Shown: one piece after another, positions 13,800-28,100 of the stretch
Numbering within the stretch: the first letter of the stretch is position 1
Layout: the number at the start of each line of letters is the position of its first letter
DNA from: Antedon mediterranea
Lineage: Eukaryota > Animalia > Echinodermata
DNA: 64,000 nt
Direction of reading: 5' to 3'
Assembly: GCF_964355755.1 (NCBI RefSeq)
Contig: NC_092677.1
Location: 1,076,101 to 1,140,100, forward strand
Translations under genes and position numbers: made by a program
The notes under the pieces: model-generated
Seen by the model: the letters and a program-made list of their open reading frames with translations, nothing else
What the model was told of the DNA's origin: nothing
Databases searched by the model: none

Positions 13800-14560
13800 A
13801 TTAAGTCGCGTGCTACAATGCATAGTGATACCGGACCGACAGACAGACCGACAGATCGACAGACAGACCGACCGACCGACATAGTGAACTATACTGACCA
13901 AAATTACTGAACATGTTTAAAAATGTTGAAATGTTTAAAAACATTTATATTTTTTTAATTTACACGTATGTAGCCTGTCACTTTTGACGTGCTCGTATAA
14001 CGTAATTTCGAGTTGAAAAGTAAGTAAAGAAAACAGAAATCGGGCAAAAAGAGTGCGCAATAACATTTAACGCGCAGTGCGCGCGCAAAAATATGCGCAC
14101 TCATGGCAATTTTGTAAACGCTTAAAATTGCCTGAAACGTACTCTTATTTCATCGAAAATAAATTTTGAAAATTTTAAGCGCGCGTACGCATGCGTTACA
14201 TGCGCTACGCACGTAATTGTATTGCCATATGATGATTTATGCCCTGAAATTTATGAGTACCAAATTTTATTTAATTGTGATTCATGGTTGTGAAGATATG
14301 ATTACAAACGTGATTTCGTTAAATCGTGCGTAGACCACGTAATTTTTTATTGCGCACCGTGAAAACTTAACCACATTGATTCCTGGCCATAAGTAATATA
14401 CTGTGAAAAATTGACCTAGCTAGATTAAACTGATATCAAGATAAGGTCAGAAAGCGATAAAACGCATAGCGATACCGGACCGACAGACAGACAGACCGAC
14501 AGACAGACAGACCAACCAACAGACCGACATAGTGAACTATATAGTCGCTTCCACGCGACT
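13800..14560. mobile_element. Non-autonomous interspersed element of about 0.7 kb; near-identical inverted copy at about 52835-53450
   Basis: The core 13895-14450 is the reverse complement of 52838-53385. (gaccgacagaca)n tracts lie near both ends. Confidence 0.8.
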
Positions 14561-17500
14561 AAAAACAAAATATTAACCTCAAAATTACTCTTCCATGTCG
14601 ACAAATCATCATTAATGAGAGGACAGATGATATAATTTGTATTTTTTACAATTTCAATTGCATAATGTTTGGAATATGATCTCAAGATAATGAATTATTG
14701 TTCTCCTACCTTCTTCTTTTTGTAGGCCGCCGACTATGCTTTATGTTTTTACTGAAATGAAATACAACATAACAATGTTTGTCATAATAAAAAAAACATA
14801 AAACAAACTAAGGGAGAGAGGAGAGGAAAAGGAAAGTGAGAGGAAATTAAGAGAATAGAAAACAAGTGAAAGAGAAAGAAGAAAAAAAAAGGAGAAATAA
14901 GGAGAAAAAGAAAATAAAATAGAAATAACGAAATGGAAAATAACCGAAACAAATGGTAGAGAAAAGAAAAATGAAAGCAAGAAAAAATAGGCTAAACATT
15001 TTTTTTAACAAAACTGGGGAACCAACCAATTTTTAAAATAAATTCTCAACATAATATGTTTCATCACCTGAGAGAGTTTCTTTTTTCGTATGAACAATTA
15101 ATTCGGAAATTAATCAAATTATAGGCCATATGGCCGAAATCTTGCACGCAAAAAAAAAAATATATATATAAAAAGCGTACGGAACTTGCCATATTCTGTC
15201 AAACACACTAAATCCTAGCCGTTTCTATTCATACATTCATTATCATTTGGGGTTTAAAAAAAACGTGCATATCATTATGTTTCGATTTCAGACAGGAGAC
15301 GAATCATCGTGCGGATAAATTAACATACCATTTGTTTTTAATTTTAAGATGCGCGCCGCTGGATAATTAAAAACCAAATAATTATGCATACAATACTCAC
15401 CTGTTTTCTTTACTTTATTAGATGAGCAATAGGCTGATTTCAAATTTCATAACCGATTTAAAAGCAACGACCGCCGTATTTCAGAAGACAGCCACTCCCA
15501 AGTCGCTGTCTTGGAAAATTGTACGAATGAAATATTGGAGTTCCGCCCTCACATGGCACACGACGACACTCGATGTCAAAATCATCATAATTATTTAAAA
15601 TAATACGCCCTAAACTTGCCATACATTCTCGATAGTTAAAATAACATTATTAAAATGCGCCGATCGACTAGTAACTATTATTCTATCTATTTGTATTTAT
15701 TGAGAGTGGCCTATCCAGCTGCTTCAAGATAGAAACTGATAATGTAGAACATATAAAAAAATATTCAATATTCAATAAAAAAAAAGGGTATAAATTAAAA
15801 ATTATTTATTAGGCTTAATTGTTAAAAGTAAATTAAAAAAATAATTTTAATTTATTTAATATCTAAAACTTTTTTTTCGATACACTGCAGTATTTCTCAA
15901 ATTTCAATATTATACTGCAGTACTGTATTCGCATTCGCAGTTTTAACAATACAATTCAGGACTAACTGTTGATTTTTGCATAAAATGCATTCCATAGCTG
16001 CTTTTACCGGAACTTTTGTAATTCTATTTTTATACGCATTACGTCATCCGGTATTCAATGGGGTTTTCCATACTGGTATGGTTGTTATGTACACAACACT
16101 ACTGTTGATAACGCTTCTATAAATGAATATAAACAGTATTCCGTGTCGTCATAGTGTACAGAGTTCTACAATAGGGTTCAATATTCCAATATATTATTCA
16201 TGTATTTCATTATCTGCTTGCATACACTACTACAAAATTGTATACTTCCGTGTTAGGGATCGACTCAACAATAAAATTGTATGCAAACATTTCCAAATAA
16301 TAACCCTTTTAGGTAAAAAGGACACTCAAGTGGTATTAGTGGCTTCAATATATCATAACAAAATTAATCATAAATATATATAAGCTGTTATTTATTTCAT
16401 ATTAATATTATTTAATATAGAATTATGTTTGGATATCAATTTTATTCTGCCCATCACCATGGAGAAAATTCCATCAATTACTTGCTACTTTACTAATTAG
16501 TAAAAAAATATTTATAGGCCCACTAATCAAATTAATTAATGCAAATGTTACTGGTAACTGTGGATGGGATTTCAAAATATAAAATTAAAAACTCATCTTG
16601 AAGGAAATGTTATTAAAGCAGATAGTAAGGAGGTGCACTGAATGGACAGCACTGACTAAACACTTGATGAACATTTCAAGTTGTATACAATTGTGATATC
16701 ACAAGGAAAAATCTCAACAAACTCAAGTACAATTTTATTTATTACAAAAAACACTCAAATAGCTTAATTGCTCTAGCAGCATTGACTAATGTCCATAATA
16801 GCAGTAAACATAACTAGTATAATAATCATATTCATTTTTTGCAATTAGTATGGCCCTAACCAATTTTCTAATCAGTTTTTTTTCTCGATTTTCCATGTTT
16901 ATTAGAGAATTAAATAGATAGAATTGTTTGACAATGCATTTACAGTACTGCAGAAACTATGTTTGCTGCAGTAAAATGTTCTTATTGTAGCCTCATTCTG
17001 TATTTCTATTTAGGCAATATAGCCTTCGTTGTTTTCATCCAGATTGCAATATTTGTTCAGACATTTATATCTATGTACGGTACACATCAATTGAGTATAC
17101 AGCACAAAGGTATCAACGTCATTTTACTGCAGTATTTTACTTGCTGCAGTAAATTTACTAAATCATGTACCAATGTAAAGTAACTCCTGTACTTTATTAT
17201 TACTTTGGCACAACATAAAGAGCTGCATATTTTTTGGCACATTGTGGACATTAAAGCAAAATATTACTACTGTATAAGACATAGCAAGCTAGCTATATTT
17301 CACAATGTAAAACATGATATTGCACAGCCTCAGTGAAGTTGATCTGGGCCTAGCATAACGTTGAACATGTCTGTATTGATTTACGAAAATGTGCTAATAA
17401 AATGTTTGATTTCGAAAATAAATTGTACAAACTGTTTTTTTCCATTAACTTACTAGATAATACAATTTAGTTTTTTTATAATTTAAACTGTAACATAACA

Positions 17501-18664
17501 ATTTTCCCTATAATTTATATTGATTATATATATCAATTAACAATTGCTAATTAACTAATTAAAGGTTAGGAATATATCAAAATAAATATTTTTTTCTTGT
17601 CTTGTTTTAGTCTAAACATAAGAACTTTTACATACTTTTTTATTTGACTGTCAGTAAATAAAATATAGCAAACTTGCATACTAAAAATGTTTAATGTCAT
17701 TGATGACAGCTTAAATAAAACAACACATACTACTATTATACCACCAAATACCTATAACCATTATTTAACGGTATATTAATGTTCAATTACCATATTTAAA
17801 ATTAGTGACAGATTTAGTTTAAAAATATAAAAACAAAGAGGATAATATGTAAATAATATAAACTTTTTAACGCTGAATAACAACATTGCTATAGTACGAA
17901 AAAGAAACCGATATAAACTTGTGTACCATACGTTTTTAAAAGGGAAAATCTGGTTACAAATACAAAGAGTAGGTCATGTGTCAATCGATCGTCAAACCCA
18001 TCAATGAGACAAATCATCACATAAATTGGTTCCTACTTAAAAAAAACATTTTCTGAAACAGCGAGAGCTACAATTTTAAATGATTAAAATTTGATGATTC
18101 TTGAACTAAGCCCTTATATTTTAACAATTATTTCATTTAAGAATTACCACATTATTTAAAATCCACTAACGGTTCATTATACTTTTTATATTCCTCTCAA
18201 ATTAAAACATCTAGCCTAATTGAGCAGTTGGTATGACTTAAATCGTATCAGCAACTTTACTTCCAATTGTTTGTTAAATTATATATTTTTGGATTGGTGG
18301 TTATGGAATCAGTTTATTTACAAAAATAACAAGAATCATATTTACATACATTAACAATTCTAACATTCAACAATTTCAATATTTCATTGATTGCTATACG
18401 TTACTTTCTAAAATAATGCTACATTCTGTCATGAAGTATATAAACATCTTGGCATCAAAACACCTAATTGGCAATGCATACTACAAGAAATTTACAATTA
18501 TACATGTCAAATTTCATAATACATGATATTGATGAAATCTGGTGCAGCATGGCAATCTAAGGCAGATAGAAAAAAGGGAAAACCCTATTCTTGATTAGGG
18601 AGACAACATTTTAAAATTTTGTTTAATCAGAGAAATTGTTACTCTTTATAAATCCAAAGGCAAA

Positions 18665-18840
18665 TTACTGAAAAAATAACAATGCTGTGTGTATCAGTGG
18701 CTGGATCTCTATGCAGATACATAGAATAAGCACTGAAAAAATAGCAACGCTGTGTGTATCAGTGGCTGGATCTCTATGCAGATACATAATGACAACGCTG
18801 TGTGTATCAGTGGCTGGATCTCTATGCAGATACATAGAAT
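18665..18840. repeat. About 3 inverted, diverged copies of the 60-bp minisatellite unit, downstream of the gene 3 stop
   Basis: tgtgtatcagtggctggatctctatgcagatac is the reverse complement of the 10668-11940 unit core. Confidence 0.75.
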
Positions 18841-19100
18841 AATCTTTAACAAAATGATAAAAAAATGGCCAGGAAGAATATACTGTAACAAGCTTTCAGA
18901 TAACATGATCATTACAATTGCTTGCTTTCAATTTTTGATTAGACTTTTTTTTAAAGTTTTTCAAATCAATAATGTTTACGAAAATGGAAAAAGAATAAAT
19001 TCAAACTTGTATCAAGCTAACAGACTCATCAGAAGACTAGCTAATATTTCAGAAGTCTGTACAAAAATCTGTGTATTTGTTTCAATACAAGTGTTGAGTA

Positions 19101-22100
19101 TTAACGTTTAATGCTGGGCTGAACGCTTGAATATGTTGTCTCTGGTTCTGTGCGAATAATTTTATTCCCTTTACCAGAATGACGATGATCCACTTCAACA
19201 TAAGTCAGTTCTGCGTTCTACATCAAAAAATAGTTCAAATATTATTACTTCAATTATAAATATGTTTAGGGTTGTCTATGTTTTGCCTATTTGGGTTGGT
19301 TAATTTGAGGTGGGACATTTTTATAAATGGCCTATTTATTATTTGTTTATTATAGGGTATCTTTTAGGGATAGCCTATTTAATGTTTGCGTAGGTATATA
19401 AATATGGTGGGCCAACAGTATAGACACATCGCAAGTAATTTGTGACAGTTGAAATGAATTGTGTTGCGTTATGTCTACGTGTTACTTCCTAGGGGGATCC
19501 AAGCAAGTCTATGTCTACGTGTTACTTCCTAGGGGGATCCAAGCAAGTCTATGTCTATGGGTGACTTCCTAGGGGGATCCAAGCAAGTCTATGTCTACGT
19601 GTTACTTCCTAGGGGGATCCAAGCAAGTCTATGTCTATGGGTGACTTCCTAGAGGGATCCAAGCAAGTCTATGTCTACGTGTTACTTCCTAGAGGGATCC
19701 AAGCAAGTCGATGTCTACGTGTTACTTCCTAGAGGGATCCAAGCAGGTCTATGTCTATGTGTTACTTCCTAGAGGGATCCAAGCAAGTGTATGTCTACGT
19801 GTGACTTCCTAGAGGGATCCAAGCAAGTCGATGTCTACGTGTTACTTCCTAGAGGGATCCAAGCAGGTCTATGTCTATGTGTTACTTCCTAGAGGGAACC
19901 AAGCAAGTCTATGTCTATGGGTGACTTCCTAGAGGGATCCAAGCAAGTCTATGTCTACGTGTTACTTCCTAGAGGGATCCAAGCAAGTCGATGTCTACGT
20001 GTTACTTCCTAGAGGGATCCAAGCAGGTCTATGTCTATGTGTTACTTCCTAGAGGGAACCAAGCAAGTCTATGTCTATGTGTTACTTCCTAGAGGGATCC
20101 AAGCAAGTCTATGTCTACGTGTTACTTCCTAGAGGGATCCAAGCAAGTCAATGTCTACGTGTTACTTCCTAGAGGGATCCAAGCAAGTCTATGTCTATGT
20201 GTTACTTCTTAGAGGGATCCAAGCAAGTCTATGTCTACGTGTGACTTCCTAGAGGGATCCAAGCAAGTCTATGTCTACGTGTTACTTCCTAGAGGGATCC
20301 AAGCAAGTCTATGTCTATGTGTTACTTCCTAGAAGGATCCAAGCAAGTCTATCGCCCGTATTCTTAAACCGGACTTTAGTCGTAGTTCGAGCTAAAACTA
20401 AAAAAATGACGTCATTTTAATTCATAAACCGAACTTCAACTAAATCACCGACTAAATCAGGCAAACCTCGACTAAATCGAGACGGATTTTGATCGATTTT
20501 TTTAGTCCTGGAGGGGGCAGACTAAATGGTCGACTAAATGGTTTTTAAACGATGTTTATAAAAAACGTAACAGTCATTGAGTTGTTATATTGGCCAGATA
20601 TTGAAGAATGAAATATCTATATTTATATTAGCTTAATTAAATATACATTGGTATAAATTATAATAATGAAAATCATCTTTATTTACAACTGTATACAAAT
20701 TACATTATTTTCTTCGCGCAAGTCCGACTTGAGCTACGTCACGCCATAGCGACAATGGGAGATGCGGCAATTCACCACGCGATGGAATGTTTAGTCGAGG
20801 TTGGCCTGATTTAGTCGGTGATTTAGTTGAAGTTCGGTTTATGAATTAAAATGTTTCATGGTCTAATCATCTTTAGAATGCATGATCATGCAAAATAAAA
20901 TTTTAAAAATACATGGGTTGAATGATGAACTAAGGGGATGAGATGAAAACCATTAATTGTATACAGAATACATAGTATGAAATCAACCTAAAAGGATTGT
21001 GAGAAGAAGGATTTGTGCTTCTTTTTAATAGTCTTAGAAACTCTCATTCTTTCTTTGTCATTCACTTCCTTCGTCAAATCACTTATTATTTCTTTCATTC
21101 ATCCATCCATCAATTGAGTACACACATTCCTTCATCAATCAATTCATTTCATTCTATTAAACAAAAGAAATGTACTTTTTGTCAATAAAGCCAAACATAA
21201 TGTTTTAATGTCCTTCATTGAGTTTCAAAGAAAATAAAATTCTTAAAAAAATATCAGACAAGGTTATTCAAATTAAATAATGTTTGTGATATGATATTAA
21301 TTTATCAAGACTTGGATAGAGTTGTTCTAAACTAAACATGACGAAATGTTTCTAATATAAGATTTGATTGCTCTGTGCAATAAGGAAGTATAATAAATAT
21401 ATTGTGTTTGTTTACTTCTAATATGAATAAAATGCTAATTTGATTTGAATTCATTGTTGGCTATCATCTTGACTGAGTGATAAAATACATATAAATCCAA
21501 TAATACTAATATTTTTTTAATCAATTAGAGAACAGTAAATGGTCTTATCTAAGTAATAAATATTAAGTTAAAGCTTAAATTTTTTTTAAAACAAAAACCG
21601 CAAATTTGGTGTTTTCTATGTTGCATTTAGCAAAACATTTATAAGTTTAAACATTTGGCGTCGTTACTTACGGCATCTGGTTTCTTTGTGTCATTTGTTT
21701 CTGCACGCTTTGGTTTTGCCGGCGCATTATTGGTTTTTTCTGGTTCCTTTGATTTAGCTGTCTTTTGTACTTGGGCATATGTGACATCATCATCATTAGT
21801 TAAACCTATTACTTCAGAGGGGCCTTCTTTGGTTACATTACAAGCGGGAGTCCTTTAAATTAGGCATTTAAATGTATCATTTTTAGCGATGCTATTTTTA
21901 AAAAGATATGCTATAAAACTTTTGTTTTACAAAATTATAATACAAAATAAAAAATAAATGTTATTATAAAGATATAAAGATATATAGTGATTTTTAAAAC
22001 TATTTGCAACATCTATGCTTTAGTGAAAAATATATATTTTAATTATTGAGAAGACTTCATAGCATTGACATTTTCTTTACTAAGGCTTATTTCTTTTTTA

Positions 22101-25100
22101 GTTAGTTTGAGTGAATAAGGTTGTCTTGGCTTAGTGAACAAATTAGGTACCAACAACAGTCAGCAATTATAACTATATATAAGTGAATGTTAATGTGTAT
22201 CAGTACATGCATGTATGGCCTCTATATATGAGGAAATAAATGTCCTAGGTCATGTGCCTAAGAAAGAAGAAGTATGTATTGTTATTATTATTACTACTAC
22301 AAATATAATAAAGTATTGCAATCGAAATGATAAGTGCAATTAATGCACATATTAAAGATGATATATTGCTTTATGCTCGCTAATGTTTACTTTTCTACTC
22401 TATGCTAATTTAAGCATGATGGGATTAACAATGATGATGAAGATGATAGTGATGTCAGTGATAATCATGCAAAGGCTGATGAACTAATTATGATAAATAT
22501 AACATGGTATGACAATTCATCATCAGCAGCATGGAACAAGTGACAGTCAAGAGAGGGATAAAATTGATGATGATGATAAGATGATGATGATGAGATGATG
22601 ATGAGATGATGATATGATAATGATGATGACGATAAAATCAATGTCTGCTATCACAGTACATTCTCTCTATTACTACAGTACCACCCACCATTTACCATCA
22701 TCAAAACCTTTACAATAAAGCAACTCTACAACCAACACCTACTACAGCATCCCAACACTCTACCCTACCATCACCACCACCACCACCACCACCAACACAT
22801 ACTTTACTATCAACCACCAATACCACCATCAGCACTTACTATATCATAACCAACTAAATACAGCTACCACAGTTCTAGCATTGTCAGTAAGAATGAGAGT
22901 GCATACAAGCAAATCCACAAGCAATTTTTTTTATAATTGCAGAATTAATAAATTATATTAATTAAGTACACAGTATAGAATATGAATACAATACATTTGC
23001 ATGATCAAAAGGTTAAGTAAGTTTTACAGGCCTGTAACCAGGAGGTTTACTTTATAAATACTTGGGGTATCTACATCCTGTGCCAAAGTCTACCCAGTTT
23101 TTATTTAATGATTATCATAATACAAATTGTTTTTATCTAAACTGACACAGTAATGTTACCTAATTCTTAGTGCTGTATCTCCACATGATCAGTATAATAG
23201 GAAAGGTAGGCAGGCAATAGTAATACAGCATCTCATGTGGTGCTTTTGTAGAGTTAGGTTATGGTCTATACTACTGTAGGCAATACATGTGATGATGTTT
23301 TATTACTAAATTTCCCTTTGATCGGGCGGTACTATGATACAATTATTTCTATAAATAATGTATCATAGTTTAATTACAGTACAAAACAGAGACAGTTGAA
23401 TAGAAAGTTGATTCATAGCAATTAACATGAACTAAGGAGTTATATTATATTGCTGGATTCTTGATAAGAGCTTAGTTCAGAAAACATCTTCCCATTTTAA
23501 AGTACATTCTATACACCCTGGGTTACCACGGGCAGTTGGGTTGAAACCCTACGATCAATCCTGCTTACAAGCCTGATTTAACTGAAGCAATATACGTTAG
23601 TAATCTATTCTATAATCTAATCTAAGAAAACCAGCAAAGAAATTATAATAATATTCACATGAATTAGTTCATATAATAATTATATATCAATGTAATTTAA
23701 TTTTAAAGAACAAAATAAATTTAATAACATAATAATTTAAAACCGAGCTTCAAAACCCACTATACATTTATATTATTATTTGCACATACTCTTTCGAAAC
23801 TATTTCAATCATTAATTTGTTTGTTTAATTAAAAAAAAAGATCTTTTAAAAAAAATCTTAAAAAAGGTAAATTTTGCAAATCTCTATGGCTTTCAAATTA
23901 TTTATAAAAGTTTTTGACAATACAAATGTTTCTTACACATCTCTTGTTGTATTTAATCTTTAAAAGCTAACGATTACTGTATAAAAATAAATTTCATATT
24001 TAAAAAAATCATCAGTTGTTATCCAGAAGATTTAAATATAACACAAATAAAAATGAAAATAGAAATGGATAGTATAATACTCACTTGAAACAAGCTATTC
24101 CCTTTTCTGTACATAATGAAAAAAAAAACACATTAGAATAGATAAAATATAATCCTATGGTATAACACAACCTAACATGAAAACCACAATATTCCCTGCA
24201 ACAAACTTTTAAACAATTGTTTTATATTATGAAATTGTTGCTGTCCTTTGTTTTATTTTTGTTTTTATACTATTTTTAGCAATAATAAGAAATAATTATA
24301 AATAAGTATAATTACAAAAGTTTCAACTTTGTATACCTATATTGTAACAAAAATGTAAAACTATTATATATTAGGTAAAATATCTTGGACGCCATAAAAT
24401 AAAATAGATCACTAGCTGGCAAAAAAAAAATGCTAGATGCTCTAATCTAATATTGTTTGATTTTAAGATAATTCAGGGCTACAGTATCTGTATTGGAGTT
24501 TTAACAATGATCTAAACTACCATATGCATTTGTATACTGTAGGTTCTTAAACATGCACAACAATTCTATTAACTTTATTTAATTAAATAGAAATACAGTT
24601 CTCCATCCAAATCTAGAATAATCTATGATTTATTTTATTAAATTAAGTTAGTAATGTTGTAAGATACTATTTCTGTCATATAAAAGTTTTATTTTGGAGA
24701 TTTTATATTCATTAATTCAAGTATTGTAGTGATCTACTAGTATCTACTTACGATAACAAACAAAAATTCCGATAAAAACCAACACCACTGATACTGCAGA
24801 CACAACCCCACCTATAAAAAGGTATCATTGCATAAAAAATACAATATATTTTCTAAAATAAGTCACTCAGCAATGATGTTGAAAATTTTTTTTTAAAGTA
24901 ACAGCTTTCTAAATCAATATCAAAGAAAATATATAACAATGTCAATAATGGATAAAAGTACTACAGCTTGACTTAGCTGGCCCTCTCACCTTTCTCCTAA
25001 CGTCCAAACAATTTGATAATTATTAAAACTTTTGCAGCACTGGATAATCTTCTAACATAGCACCTCGGTTAAGTTTACTTACCAATACCGAAGTTTTTGT

Positions 25101-28100
25101 TAATTATTATTTTTCCACACATAAACAAAATTAAAAAGATAATTATATCTATCAAAAATTAGTAATAACAAATGTGAAAGGAGATCAAAATAAATAAGTA
25201 AAGATTAGCCTTGACCACTTGAGCAATTGTGGACATGACAAGTAAAGTAAATTTAAAGAAGAAACCAAACAATATGAATAGTAGCGGGTCAATTTTAAAG
25301 TTCATAGTAATTGTGGCTAAGATTTAACTGCTTCTGGATTTGTCAAAGGATCTCATACAATTTCAACTAAGAAAATTTAAAATAAATAATAATAAATAAT
25401 TCATTAATAAATTCATAGGTGTGATTTACTTGGTTTTAAAAATATTTTGGGCAAATGAGTAAAAGACATTCATGGTTTTGGATCATAAGCATTTTTAAAT
25501 ATCTTTCAATTGAAATATTTATGTTTTGGAGTTTTCCTAAAAAGACTCACCTATTAGACCACCATTTACACTTTCAGGAGGATCAGTAGGAACAAAAGCT
25601 GTAAGTAATACAAAAAAATATTTTAAATAATAAACAAACTTAGCAGCAATTATAAACATGAAAATTAAATTCTACAGTACATTAAAACCAGGTAACAAAC
25701 TGTTTAAGTTTGACATTACTGTACAGTACGTACATTCACAAGTTTGTTTACACATTATACTTATTTCCAAGATGGACTGAGCAAAATGAGGCCAATTGCT
25801 ATTTTTTTGCAACCTAGAAGGGTTTTAAACTTTTAAAAATTTTGCAGCTAATATTAAACATTACAAGCATACAATATAAAAAATATAATGTGTTTGAAGC
25901 ATTTATATATGTATTATAGTGTTACATAATATAGAATATGTTTATTAGGTAAAAATAAACAGTATATTATAATTATTGAATATAGAATTGTATGACTTTA
26001 TTTTTCAAACCTTTTTATTTAGTACATTACTTTCAAGTTTTGTCATTGAATGACAAAAGCTATAATAAAAATGGTGATAGTAGCATTGTTTGTTGTTAGC
26101 ATAGCTTCTGTATCTATGTACAATGTATTACAGTATTATTTATAATAGTGACTTATGTTTTTTATTTGAAATTGTTGTTAATGTTAATAACTATGGAAAA
26201 AAAGTTAGTTTAGCAGTTGATTAAGAATTATTTGATTGAATTTTCTTGAGTAAGTACTCAAATTAACCGATTAGATGACTTATAATTTTCATAATTTTGT
26301 GAATATGAACTTTTAAGATAATCCCTAGACTGCAATCAATCCCTAGACTGCAATGATTATCAACATTTTAAAATGGAATTCCCCTTTTCTAAAAACTATA
26401 CAGGAAGGAATGTGCTGTGTTAACACTAGCCTGAACCAATATGATAGGTAATTTAATAATTAATATAATAATTTCTACAAATCAACATAACAAATGTATA
26501 AAACAATAAATTGATCACACAATTTCCAAAACATATGAATAAACTACAAAATAAATTCTACAAAGAAGACAAAGTGGCAACATTTTAAAATACAGTATGT
26601 TTAATTAGAGATTATTAATTATTATTTATTGTTAAGCCAGCTAACAATAGCTGTGTATGGTAACTGACTGATTGGCATCCTCTGTAGTCTTTAATATACA
26701 GTATATATATCTATATAAATAAATGGTAACATGTATAATGATGACAACAATTGAATGTCAAAATATAAAATGGTAATCATAACTTAATTCAATTTTACTG
26801 TACTGTGTAAGCACAGTATACAGTCAACTATCACAAAACCACGGATATCCTTAGGATTTCCCAAAACATCTAGAAATGTTGGAATCATAAGAAAATTCTG
26901 GTTTTGGAAGATTTTCCAGTTTCAGAGTCCCTTTTGAGAGACAAGTTGACTGTATAATTTTATGACAAGATAGGAAGTGAGCCCTAATTTTTACACCATA
27001 GAAATCATATTGAAATTTACTAACACCAGTATTTTGAATAAAAAGCAAGCAGCAAAATGTTATGAATAAAATGAAATATTATAGTTTACAAAACACTGTC
27101 ACTGAAGTTGTGACTAAAATTCTGCTGTGTGACGTAATTTTATTTTTTTGTCTGAGTCTGAAAACTACCACAAATGTTTACAAAATAATATAATAAAGTG
27201 GATAATTGATTACAGTACATCTAATTTAGTGAAAACTACATCAAGATTGAAAGTGAATTTGAGCAAATAAACAACCATCATGTTTAAGAAATGTCGTTTG
27301 AAATGAAAATTTACAATACAGAACACCGAATACTAATACTATATAGCATAAAATGTTTGATTTGCAAAGCCATATATTAGAATAGCTCTCTTAATAATGA
27401 AATAAAAAATTATATGGATGTTGCATTATGAAATATTTAATGCAAATATACAAACTGTCTTCAAAAATATGGCACTGCCCCTGCTAATTAAACTAAAACA
27501 TACCCAAAATGGTAGACAATGTCATCGCAGATATACTCTCGGTTAGTGTTATATCCTCTGTGATTATAATATAATATTAAATAGTAATTTATTTAATCCA
27601 ATATTTAAAGGCACAAATAATTCTATAAAAAGATTGTTATAATTATTAAGATACAGTATGGGAAGATTCAGACACCTTCAGACAGATAAAAATAAATACA
27701 TTCATTTTTTTACATTAAAGATGTATTGTCCCTTGAAACACAAAAAATGAAAAAAAAAATATTCTAAATTTAAATTAGCCATATCAAAGTAATATTAAAT
27801 TTATTCACTTTAAGTCGAAAATTCGAGCCAAAAACAACAAGTTTACGTAATTAACAGGTAAATTAATTAGATTACATTTCGTCTGGGAAATCGTCGCAAG
27901 CGAAAGTAAACAAAGATTTCAAACCATGAGTATGCATTATGCATGATGCTAATTAGGATTGTTTACAACTCGTCACGGTTGAGAAGGTGTTTTCACACAG
28001 ATCGCGAAGAAGTTTTATGATCATGCATACAGAGTAGCCAAACAAGCGCGTTGCATTATGAGATATGTTTTGATTGAAAACTTTGACTGGAAGTCAAAGT

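Noticed and set aside
14741-15029. Hydrophobic Phe/Leu/Ser-rich ORFs
   Set aside because: They arise from a purine-rich low-complexity tract and show no domain or splice support.
19471-20352. Regular 40-bp array resembling a CRISPR array
   Set aside because: It has no unique spacers and no cas genes, and it lies in a eukaryotic intron.
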